Source: Phoronis australis
Lineage: Eukaryota; Animalia; Phoronida
Assembly: GCA_002633005.1 (NCBI GenBank)
Contig: NMRA01000913.1
Coordinates: 37,573-101,572, forward strand
Direction of reading: 5' to 3'
DNA: 64,000 bases
The position numbers and the translations under genes were made by a program. This document shows, piece by piece, positions 24,601 to 35,692 of the stretch (positions are counted from its first letter, which is position 1; each line of letters starts with the position of its first letter). Under the pieces are notes generated by a model that was not told the origin of the DNA, ran no database searches, and was given only the letters and a program-made list of their open reading frames with translations.

Positions 24601-27600
24601 CAACTCCAGTGGCCAACTGTTCCTCTTCATTTGTTGGATCAGCAAGAAGAATGCTGCTGTAATTTCAAGGTAAACATGTTATTAAAGAGCATATAAAGAC
24701 ACCTGAGCAAATGTAACTTTTGGTTTAGTGCACTTACTGTTGCTGTATATAGACGCAAGGCAAGAAGTGTGGATAAGTGGTAGATGCAAGACATTCACAA
24801 GGCACTCCCTCCATGAATGGAGCAAAAACTGCCGTCTATCCCATAATGCAACACTAGCCAACCAAAGATTTCAGTGGTCACTATTGTGCTAATGTACAGT
24901 AGAAGGTTCATGAACATACTCATGAACACGCTCATGAACACGCTCATGGACACGCTCATGAACACGCTCATGAACAATCTCATGAACAATCTCACGAACA
25001 ATCTCATGAACATACTGGCCTTCCACTCATGGGACTTTGCGTGGTCTTGACTTTTTGGAATGTGTTGCACTTTTAGAGCTATCCCCCATCCTAACTAGTA
25101 GCTAACAAAGATTAGAGGTGATTCCTTGTTTTAAGAAGGATTTGACAGTTTGTTATTACTTGAGACAAGGCTCAGTAAGTTGGGTTGTCATGACCTGTTG
25201 TGTTGTTTAACACTACAGACCTGCACGCGAATGAGTGCAGGGCGATTGAAATCAGGCAATACTGGAGGGTCAGAGAACAGCCATCTTTATTCTAGGAACA
25301 CTCATAACACAGTGACACACAGTGGCCACCTAATTAACAGAGGTAACACTTGGTGGCCATCTACAATTATAATACTTGATAGACAAATTTTATGGTGGAG
25401 AGAGTTCTAAATCCATAACTGAAAGTTTCTTTGAGTACAAAACTTAGTTTTATAGCTGCTTTATCAAATCCTCGTCAATGTGATTGTAATAAGATGCACA
25501 AGTAACCAACTCGCACGTAGACACTGGTTATACACAGAAGGCACATACACACTGGTTATACACAGAAGGCACATAGACACTGGTTATACACAGAAGGCAC
25601 ATAGACACTGGTTACACACAGAAGGCATATAGTTTTACACACTGGTTACACACAGAAGGCACATACACACTAGTTATACACAGAAGGCACACAGACACTG
25701 GTTACACAGTTACACACAGAAAGCACTTGTAGGCTATTTTGATCTGGTAAAAGCACCTAAATGACACCAACTCATTGAACCGGATGAAGGACCTACAGTC
25801 TTTTGAAGACAGTAGAACCAGATGAAAGTGCAATGACAAATTATGAATGATAAAGAATCTAGGAATACTAACAGAAATGTTTTGTTCATGAAAATTGTCT
25901 TTCAATTTTAAGTGCTATTGGTAACATGGCTATTACAAATTTTATATGCTAAAAACAGTGGAACATTATAATGTTGAGACCTTCTTAGTGCATGAGAACA
26001 GGCCATAGTGGAAGATGATAATGATTGATTATAGTTGAATGAAGGAGCATCGTACTCACTCATCAAAAATGGCAAACGATGTGGACACAGGAAGACATGA
26101 GAGAGTGAAAGGATGCTGCACTGTACGATCCAAACTAATTTCTTCATCTTCCTCTCCAATTGTGACTGTTGGTAATGAGGCTGCAAAGGAAAGGGATGGT
26201 GACTGCTGGTAATGAGGCTACAAAGCAAAGGTATGGTGGACATCATGGTATTAAAACTACTTACAAGAAATACATTGCTAAATATTCACTAGACTACTAC
26301 TATTAAGAAATACATATAGACAGTCATAATAATTAAATAACTTTGACTTGAAGCCCCATTCACAGGTGTCTAGAGCAGATTTAAGTTTGGAAAAAATAAC
26401 CACTGACAGTACTGTGTTGCCTTGCATCGATGCGTGACAACTGTGGCATGATTCAGGTGAAACTGTGTAGTCATGATATCTGTGGCATGATTCAGGTGAA
26501 ACTGTGTAGTCATGATATCTGTGGCATGATTCAGGTGAAACTGTGTAGTCATGATATCTGTGCCATGATTCAGGTGAAATTGTGAAGTCACCTGACATCT
26601 GAGCCATGATTCAGGTGAAACTGTGTAGTCACATTAATACAAAAATATTGCATTGGGAAGAATTGCATTGCAAGCTAAGTAACACGACAGTGCTGGTGGA
26701 ATTTATGCCCATAACGTAATGCTTTACATGATGCATCATATTTTGTGAAAATAAATAGCCCAAAGTCTACGGCATTTGACGATCACTAGGTATGGTATAT
26801 ATTCAACACATAGAAATTGCGCAGTTAGTGCCTTAGGTCACCCGCACTAAAAAATTATTCACATTAAAAGTGTCTGTGCATGTGTAGTTGGAGTTCTGAG
26901 TTCTGTGGTGCAGGTACAGTACTTGTTTCAACCCTGATACCAGATTTGAGTCACAACTGACATTACTTACTGTTTTGAAGAGCTGCCACTAGCGCCATCA
27001 AGCAGGCGTCAACCACATTACCATCATAGTCCAAACACATCATATCACAGTACAACACCCAACATAACTAAAAAAGAAACATTCTCTAGTTCAAATTTTA
27101 ACTATGAGCATGGCACCTCTGGTTATCTTATCCTTTGATCTCCACATGGTCATCTTACCCATTGATCTCCACAAAGCCAAAAATTTAAATCAGAAAGAAT
27201 AATTTGTTGGAAAGATCAAAAAACTTCAATGTCAAAGTAGTTTAATCTAGTAAAAATATATAAACAACTTAAATTTAAGCATTTAAATCTGTAAAGCTTG
27301 AGGCACATTTGCTAAATGTAATAAAAAGTTAGACATGGTTTACAAAATCCATCCTCTTTGTTTTACTTTATGTATCATCAAAAATATACTAAACAAACCT
27401 TATTTTTCTTTACACAAAGATCTTTTAAGTTCACACATTCACAGCTGCAATGAAACAAGACACAGTGCATTACAACACTTGTCACAGTAAAGACCATACT
27501 CCCTCTCAAACAGACTTACATCAAATCTCAGTGAGTGAAGGTTCTTCGGTTTTCAATAATCAGAACGGCGCGTAACTGCTGCGAAAATCTAACTTACGAA

Positions 27601-30600
27601 ACATTAGACGAACTACATATGGTATCAGAAGTAGAAGAGATTATAGTGAACACCCATAAATACTGGTCATTGAGGAATAATAATTGTGCAAGTCTTACAG
27701 GATTGATGGAAATTTCTCTCAACATGTTACCATTAACACAAAAACGTCAAGTTGCCACCAAACTGTCAAGGCAATCACTTACTCTCTGATAATGTCGTCC
27801 ATCAGCTGCGACACGACCTGGGCCTGCTCACCAGGGGGGCCAGGCTTGAAATGTGATGAGCACAGGGGGGACAACTCCACATTGGGAACTACAAGTACAC
27901 GCATTACCCATTAACAAACTTCCACACACCAACAGGATATAGGTAGAGCCAGAAACTCTACAAGGGTTATTTTTTCAACAGGGCATATGTCAGGTTTGGC
28001 TGATTCTTCGAGGAATTTGTTAAAAACAAATGCAAGGAAACTGATTTACTTGTGTTTTTAAATGCGAAAAGCCAAGTGTCTTAGCCGTGACCTACTTTTG
28101 ATGCAAAACGGTAGCTTTCGTTTGCTTTCAACCCCTGTCGCCTGCTGTCCGAGAAACCGGGTGCGATTTCAAGTGGCTGTCAGACAGATCAAAATTGCCA
28201 AAAAAGTAGCTGATAAGGGGCATACTATGACTACAATTTTAGAATCTAGTCAGTGCCAGCATTCTGAATCTGTAGTCAGATTTTTCCTAGCACTTGCAGG
28301 GAAGTGGTAATTTTGGGGAGAAAACTGTCAAATTTGGTGTTTTTTGGTAATATTTTTGTGTGCCAGGATTTTTTTCAGATGTGAATTAACCAATCAAAAA
28401 TCTGTAGCGTTAGTAAGTTTCAGTTAGCACGAGCAGGGCTTGTGAGTTGGGAATTCTACGAAACCCTTTGTTTTTTTCACACACTCGATTAGCACGCGAG
28501 GAAAGTGCCTATCTCTACTTCGGTGTATGTTGGCAGCCAAAACCCTGTTAAACTGCAGTGTGCCCCCGTAAATCTTGCATAGTATGAGTGTACAGGGGAC
28601 ATTATTAGACAAAGTCTGGGAATGATGTAAGAGTCTTGCATGGTATGAGTGTACAGGGGACATTATTAGACAAAGTCTGGGGATGTAAGTCTTGCATGGT
28701 ATGAGTGTACAGGGGACATTATTAGACATAGTCTAGGACTGATGTAAGAGTCTTGCATGGTATGAGTGTACAGGGGACTTTATTAGACAAAGTCTGGGAA
28801 TGATGTCAGAGTCTTGCATAGTATGAGTGTACAGGGGACATTATTAGACAAAGTCTGGGAATGATGTAAGAGTCTTGCACAGTATGAGTGTACAGGGGAC
28901 ATTATTGTTGTGAGTGGAAGGAAAGGGCTTTTGAACTTATTGTAAGTTATACGTAAACTTGTGCGAGTTTTGGTATACTTGTATACTACATAAATCATAA
29001 GGATATACATGGAGTATATTTACTTGCAGTCTAACTTTGGGAAATCATTAATTAATAGTGCATTCTGGGTAGACTATCAAAATGAAGATTATCCAGGACC
29101 TTATTGGTAAAGTAAGTACATTTAGCCAAATAACTATAACATCATGGTAGAATTTAACTTGGTAAGAACAAATTTTCTGAAGGCTGAAATTACATAAAAT
29201 TTATCGACATTTTACCAATCTGCCATTAATAAGCTCCTGCAATGCCTTTTTAAGTAAAATTTAGTAAAAAGGAGGGTACATTCACAGTGAACAATGAGGG
29301 CATATTCACAGTAAACAAGGAGGGTATAAACTTTAATTTTTTTTCAAAAACATTATGACATTCTATGTTTTGATAGTCCCCCATACAAAAGTGGAACATT
29401 TAAAAACATTTCCCAACAACTTTTTGGAAAACTGCGAATAAACCATAGTATCTTCAAGTTTCACGAGGCTCCAAACCACCATTTCTGAGATATGATTTCC
29501 GAATTTAGCCAAAGTTGAACATTTTCTCCAGTCTTACAAAGGTGAAGCATAGCTATATACACTTTGTATGTTTGAGTACAGGTAAGATGATTACATAACC
29601 AGGACAACAACCAGTAATCAGTGAAACTGAATAAATAATAAACAGTGCCCATAACAGACTGGCCTGAGAGCCACACTAAAGCTCAATCACATGACTCAAA
29701 CTTTGGTAAAAAGCACCACTGTTAATTCATAAATACAAATTCAAGATCCCAACTCTATTTTGGTCTAAAAGGCAATGCAATTTCTTTTGTTAAATTTCTA
29801 AATCAACAGAGTGCCAAAACCTCCGCTCTAGATTCCACACATTTTTTGCATAAAATTTCCCTAGTCCATTTAGCTGGCTGGTTGTTAGGAGGTTGGTGTT
29901 TTTGTTACTAGTATCATACCTACAAGTCCTTTGTCAGGCTCTTCAACAGATGGAGATGCTAATTTCTGGAACAACAAAACATTGAAACCAACTGTGTCAA
30001 GTTGATGAGTAACGTAAGCCTCATCTCTACTTTGTTAGTATTACATTTTTATTTTTGGCCAAATATGTCTTGACTTAATGGAGAGAATATTTTCAAATAC
30101 TATATGCCAAAGTACAAACATATTTAAAAAGATTAGCATTCTGATCAGCAAAATAAAGCAAAACCTATTGTTTTCTATGGTAAAACCTCACCAACTTTAG
30201 AACACAAAATGACTGACATGAGAAACTTTATGTTTTCAATTTTCCATGAAAGATAATTATGCACGTAGCACCAAATTAGCAATTTTCCATATTCAAGTTG
30301 TGTACCAAAGCAACCACTTGACAATGTATACACTATTGAGGGCATTTAAATCAATGCACGAAGCCACTGAAAATGAAAAATGGTACTTAAGCAATTATTT
30401 TTGTAAGATTTTACCGTTCTTCCAAACACAAACTACAGTTAAGCATTCCTCATATAAGAAGATTCAAGTAACATTTTTCTAAGGCTACTGGTATTCACAA
30501 TCTAAAACGAAAACAAATCAAAACAAGATTCAAGAGCCAACAAATCGACATATCAACTGTCCATAAGATTATATGCATTGGCCTAAGTAGACAGTCTCCT

Positions 30601-33600
30601 ATTCCAACTCACTGCTTTAACTCCACATATGACTGAAGTGTTGCCAAGCTTCACCAGAGCTGAGCCTTCTGCTGTAGTTATGGAACCTGAAACAACATAT
30701 CACACCTCTGAAATGTTTTTGCCAATTGCAATAAATGGGAAAGAATATTAAGATATGGTGACATCGTGAACACAAGGCAGCAATGTCTTAACAGCTGTCT
30801 GGTTTAGGGATCTGAAGACTGATCAAGACTGCACAACTGGTTAGAAAACAACTTAAAGCACCAAAAAAATTACTTTGTTCAGTTCAGAAAGTGCGAAAGG
30901 ACAAACTTAACAATAGTGTAAATCAAAGTGAAAAGTGAGAACAGCAAGCCAAAATGCTTCTACTCTTTGTACTTCAAGAAATAATCAGAGCTTACCTGGG
31001 TGGTACCTTACGGCAATAGATCCATAATCAGTGCTTAACTGGGATGTACCTTATGCCAATAGATCCATAATCAATGCTTACCTGGGATGTACCTTATGCC
31101 AATAGATCCATAATCAATGCTTACCTGGGATGTACCATGTGCCAATAGATCCATAATCAGTGCTTACCTGGGATGTACCTTATGCCAATAGATCCATAAT
31201 CAATGCTTACCTGAGTTGTACCTCATGCCAATAGATTCACTAATAAATGATTGGCTTTACTGTTTGGATATTATTTGAGAGGCATTTCAATCTCCATAAA
31301 TACTGACCAACATTTATAACTGTGCAGCGTATTTCACCCAGCTCTCGGCCATCAGGTCGAACTTCTTGTTCCTGAAATCAGTGAGCTCAATTAATTAATC
31401 AAGCAACTCAATTCACAAGTTAGTTTTCACAATGAACTGAACAGAAGTAGGTAGCATTTAGACAGACTTTGGTGCACTTCATGTCAGAATTATTTAGAAA
31501 TAAAATGGAATTTTTGTCATCACACATAACGATTTAGTCGTTGAAGTTTGTTTGGAGACGTAACTTGATGTTCTTATACCCAGTCTGAACAGGAAACTCA
31601 ACTTTGGTAGTGGTTCAATGTTATTCTGGATTTGTTTAAAACTGTTATCAACCCACCTTGTGAAAAACGACAGTTATAACCACTTATGTATACAACACAC
31701 AGAGTTATGACCACTTATGTATACAACACACAGAGTTATGACCACTTATGTATACAACACACATAGTTATGACCACTTATGTATACAACACACAGAGTTA
31801 TGACCACATATGTATACAACACACAGAGTTATGACCACTTATGTATACAACACACAGAGTTATGATCACTAATGTTTTCAACACACAGAGTTATGACCAC
31901 TTGTGTATACAACACAACTTGTCTCAAGTCATTCACAATTCAGATTGAAGTGATCTCTTGGCTTGGGAAGTACTGGGAGTTTCTTATTACTTGACACCAG
32001 GTTCTATGTCAAGACTACACCCAAACTTTTCTGATAGACTTGAACAAAAAAATTGACAGGTGTTTAGCCATCGGCATGTGTGCTTTCATATACAATGTGC
32101 ATTTAAAATTTATGAATCGTTTCACTCATCAGAATAATTGCTCTTTACTATAAGATTGAAAATACAGACAAATATGACTTCAACAGATGATAGAATGTCT
32201 TACACACAATAAACTCTGGAATCACAATCTTTTCTTACCAGAAATTTACGATAGAATTCTATAGGTCTTGTTCTCCTAGAATGAATAAAAAGAAATGTGA
32301 ATCCATGACTTGGTTACCAATAGCATTCAGCTAAATAGCTCAAGCTGAGCCAAAGTTAACAGCAAATGACTGAACGAAAACACATTTCACTTTCAGTCCA
32401 AACTTAGCTACCATGATGCTGAACACAAGTTAACAGAGTAGTCGCCATGACAACATCACAACTTTTGCATTTTCTGAGCTATGACACTCAAACTAGAGCA
32501 AAGAATATCCCCAATTTATTCGCATGTGCATTGTGAGGACCTTTGTCAGCTCTAACAATGTGAAACCGGAATATTATATAATTTAAAAAACTGGGTGAGC
32601 TAACTTTGGGCTAGGTAACTTGACTTTCTGACTTAACTGGCACCCAGCCAGCAGGTGGTTGAGGCCTTGACCCCTGCACTTGGCAGGTAACAGGGCTCCA
32701 TTTGACAACCTGCCTGTTGTTAATGTGACCTCAGATTTTGTTTGGCAACCTAGTAAAAGTCCAGTCGCCACACACAAATTACAGCAAGCGCTCTACTGCA
32801 GAGAGTTGGAATTGGTCTGCAAAAAGTGGAAGGGCATGTTTATGACTCATGCATCTCTCCGAGTACCACGGTCTCAACTTGAATAGACTATGTGTCCTGA
32901 GTAGACTGGTCCATCCTTATATAAGAGGTGTGCCTGTCTGCACGGCATATTGGGCCCCAAGGAAACATTGGGCATTATGGAGATTGTCAGATAGGTGGGT
33001 TCCTGATTTTAAATTGGATTTGAGAGCCAGACGAATGTAACACATGTATGTCACATGAGCCTCTTTAAATTGTCTTAAGCATTGAACTACTTTCAATACA
33101 CTTCCAGTTATAGTCACAATGTTGTTTGGTGTAAATGTATTCGACTGGCTAAAGTCAATCGTACCTGAACATTCCTTTAGAGATAAATGCTACATGATGT
33201 CAGAATAAAATGGCAATATTCCGTTTAAGCACCTGTCTATTTATTGATTGGAATGCCAGTGATCTATTCACAGAATTTGAATGACTTCGACAACATCTTG
33301 ACTTTACCCACCACGGTCTGTTAACATTTGTGCTACTGTTTCGTTGTTAACGTATTTTATACAGATGTCAAATAAACATTTTATTTACTTTCTTACTTAA
33401 AAAGCTCGACACAACGAGCTGCGGGTCGCATTTGCGACCTGAAAATTAGAAATGCGAGCTGAGATTCTTGCTGGCTCGTATCAAGTTGAAAATGCTGACT
33501 TTTTACACTTCTCGGCAGATACCAGGCAAGTATAAAGCAACTCGCGTGAATCCGACCGTTATTTGGTTGTTGCCAAATCAAGTTCAAAAGAGTACTAACT

Positions 33601-35145
33601 GAGAACAGCCCTCCCGATGACTTGTAAGCATGTCGCGTGAACATGGGATAATGCAGAATCAATCTTTGATGCATTTCATTGGCTAACATTTTCGGCTACT
33701 TTTGCAAATTTCCGGATGTGGTGAAGAAAGTTTCGGACCACGGCATAACGCTTGATAAAACGTCACAAGACAGCGATGTTTATTCTAATTCTAAGACGAT
33801 CAACTTGCCAAACTTTGTGGTGGAAAAGCATATATATTTTTCACTTAATATGTCCTTCTTGTCAAAAATCCACGACAAAATCCCTAATATCGCACTGCGG
33901 CACTGTTCGGTCCCGTTATTAGCGCGTAAGCCGCAGTGCCGCCAGACGACCGTGGCTTGGAAATGTGCGTCTCGTTTTTTATCGCAAATACAGCAAACGT
34001 GAAAATGACAAACCTACTAATGGCCAAACGACGGCCACCTCTTACTTTCAGCATACTAGTTTTTGAGTCGCCAAGAAATTCTAAAACCCTTTACTTGTTT
34101 CTGGGGCTACGTACGCGACAGACAAGTCCTCAGTCACATGGCCAACATAAAGTGTAGGCTTACTCCAGTGATTCAAGTGCGTGAACTGACACGGCGCACC
34201 ACTCCAAAGCTGCACATCAAAAGAGAATTCAGCGACAGTCCCAAGAGAAAAAGTGTACTGGCTTGGCACTGTTAAGCAGTCGGGTGCCAAGGGTTTTTGG
34301 ACAATGAACTTAACAGATTCCCCGCAGTTAAGAAAGACACGATGCTTTATGATATTCCGCGGGTCGAAGTTTCCTAGGCCCGATGGTCTATGCCCGTAGT
34401 CAGCTATTCCAACTAAATGGATAGACGCGAAATTGTGGTTAGCAAATTTTATATTCTCTTCATTCACCCCACCGCCAATTTTTCGCTCCCCGGACAACAC
34501 CATAAAACTAATTTTCAGACTCCTAAGGAAAGAATGTTGCTTCGGCGGAAGCGGGCAATTAAAACAACATTTTTGCAGGTTGCTCAAAAGGGTACAGTGT
34601 AGGTGGGAACGATAACCGGGAATTATTTCGCGGCTTTTCATTTCATGGAAAACTAAGTGTTGAGTACTTAAACAGCATAAGTTTTTGTTGTGAAATTTGC
34701 ACCGATTTGTACCCGCGCATCCGTATACATCATTCGGCTAGGCAGGGTATGTTTCACGGATTTTTTTCAATAGGATGTGTTTCAAACGTCGAGTTAAGTT
34801 GCTAGATTTGGGATGCGAATAAAAAACGGAGGGAGTTTGCACTTAAAGTTAATTTGAATCTTCAACTTGAAGTCTAGTATTCCTGAAGTCTTTAAATGAC
34901 ACTTCACACTTGGTCTTGGAAGTTCGACAGAAGTGTGTGAAGTGTTACTAGACTAACTAGAGAGATAAAAATAGATAGAGATTTGCAACAACTCCACCCA
35001 CTTATGGTGTCTCTACAGATTAAAATTTATACAATACGCAACCATAACATTGACTCATCGGTTATTTTTCAAAAATGTTCAAGCTACGGGCATCAATACA
35101 TTTACAAGCTACACATGTGAAAACTAACTTTGCGTCGTCAGCCAT
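21568..35145 (-). CDS. EXOSC8: Exosome complex component RRP43, complete, 11 exons, 274 aa; complement(join(35129-35145,32239-32275,31308-31371,30613-30686,29920-29965,27783-27888,27399-27444,26971-27067,26060-26180,24553-24656,21568-21680))
   Basis: All introns are GT-AG and the exons sum to 825 nt. Translation: [64 protein letters not shown]-...[24 protein letters not shown]...[22 protein letters not shown]...[13 protein letters not shown]...[17 protein letters not shown]. This is an RNase PH-fold RRP43 sequence. Confidence 0.97.
22283..23091. repeat. Perfect 23-bp minisatellite (~35 copies)
   Basis: (TTACCATGGATAGTGAAGCCCAA)n with no variant units seen. Confidence 0.97.
23119..23344. repeat. 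56-bp tandem repeat x4
   Basis: GAGCTGCTCTTCTACCATCTACAG...CCCTCTGTG. Confidence 0.9.
24553..24656 (-). CDS. EXOSC8: EXOSC8 exon 10
   Basis: [22 protein letters not shown]...HKP, 104 nt. Confidence 0.96.
24908..25012. repeat. 12-bp minisatellite
   Basis: (TCATGAACACGC)n with variants. Confidence 0.85.
25519..25722. repeat. ~28-bp minisatellite
   Basis: (ACACTGGTTATACACAGAAGGCACATAG)n. Confidence 0.88.
26060..26180 (-). CDS. EXOSC8: EXOSC8 exon 9
   Basis: [10 protein letters not shown]...[11 protein letters not shown], 121 nt. Confidence 0.95.
26441..26631. repeat. 39-bp minisatellite x ~5
   Basis: (CTGTGGCATGATTCAGGTGAAACTGTGTAGTCATGATAT)n. Confidence 0.9.
26971..27067 (-). CDS. EXOSC8: EXOSC8 exon 8
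   Basis: [32 protein letters not shown], 97 nt. Confidence 0.97.
27399..27444 (-). CDS. EXOSC8: EXOSC8 exon 7
   Basis: [15 protein letters not shown], 46 nt. Confidence 0.9.
27783..27888 (-). CDS. EXOSC8: EXOSC8 exon 6
   Basis: [34 protein letters not shown], 106 nt. Confidence 0.96.
28573..28905. repeat. ~60-bp tandem repeat x ~5.5
   Basis: TCTTGCATRGTATGAGTGTACAGGGGACATTATTAGACAAAGTCTGGGAATGATGTAAGAG. Confidence 0.9.
29920..29965 (-). CDS. EXOSC8: EXOSC8 exon 5
   Basis: [15 protein letters not shown], 46 nt. Confidence 0.92.
30613..30686 (-). CDS. EXOSC8: EXOSC8 exon 4
   Basis: [24 protein letters not shown], 74 nt. Confidence 0.96.
30982..31237. repeat. 43-bp minisatellite x6 in EXOSC8 intron 3
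   Basis: (CTTACCTGGGATGTACCTTATGCCAATAGATCCATAATCARTG)n. Confidence 0.9.
31308..31371 (-). CDS. EXOSC8: EXOSC8 exon 3
   Basis: [21 protein letters not shown], 64 nt; RPDGR motif. Confidence 0.95.
31672..31916. repeat. 31-bp minisatellite x ~8
   Basis: (AGTTATGACCACTTATGTATACAACACACAG)n. Confidence 0.9.
32239..32275 (-). CDS. EXOSC8: EXOSC8 exon 2
   Basis: [12 protein letters not shown], 37 nt, AG/GTAAGA. Confidence 0.92.
33401..34865 (+). mobile_element. Truncated copy of the hAT-like (5-bp TSD) family in EXOSC8 intron 1
   Basis: Colinear similarity with 46358-48390 (GCTCGACACAACGAGCTGCGGGTCGCATTTGCGACCTGAAA...); termini eroded. Confidence 0.75.
35129..35145 (-). CDS. EXOSC8: EXOSC8 exon 1 (MADDAK)
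   Basis: aagATGG start context; 17 nt; GTTAGT donor. Confidence 0.85.
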
Positions 35146-35315
35146 CTTTCACAGGAAAATGTAAACCCGTACTTGATTGGCCACTGATCACAGTTTATGA
35201 AGAACAAACAAATGAAAATCGTTTTTATACAGTAATATCTATGGCGCATGCGTCGAAGGCAACCACACAGTATTTCCGGTTTACTGTTTTGGTTGATGCA
35301 ACGTAGGCCGTTGAA
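35146..35315. promoter_or_regulatory. Bidirectional promoter / 5'UTR region shared by EXOSC8 and ALG5
   Basis: 170 bp separate the divergent ATGs. Motifs present: reverse CCAAT (ATTGG 35176-35180), NRF1-type GCGCATGCG (35244-35252), ETS-type TTCCGG (35274-35279), and a YY1-type GCCATCTT overlapping the EXOSC8 start. Confidence 0.75.
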
Positions 35316-35381
35316 ATGGACATCAATTTCGTTGTTTTAGTGCAAGTTGCTTTGTTTTTGATATTTATTGTATTGCTTACC
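35316..35381 (+). CDS. ALG5: Dolichyl-phosphate beta-glucosyltransferase, exon 1 (N-terminal membrane anchor MDINFVVLVQVALFLIFIVLLT)
   Basis: 66-nt hydrophobic first exon with ACC|GTAAGT donor; phase 0 joins exon 2 in frame; divergent from EXOSC8. Confidence 0.85.
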
Positions 35382-35692
35382 GTAAGTACATATGATTCGT
35401 GCTCTCATATTATATGCGTTTCAGACTGATGTATTTGTTTGACTTCTCAAGGTCACTGTTTAGAGACAAGACAAACTCAGTAGGCCTACTGCCACGGCAC
35501 TGGTCGGATATGGCTGTCCCTGATTTTGAGAACCAGGCAATCACTGAAGAACGGGCCCGTTATTCAGTGGGTGAAACTGGTTCTCAAAATTAGAGACCAC
35601 TGTATCCGAATAGTGCCAAATTTACTGCTTTGTGTCGATGTGTTAGTAAAAAACTGGCCAGATAAAATCTGACACAAAGTTAGTGTCATTAA

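Noticed and set aside
34081-34641. 186-aa ORF as a possible transposase
   Set aside because: Lies within a non-autonomous hAT-like copy, has no DDE or BED motifs, and is not preserved in the sister copies.
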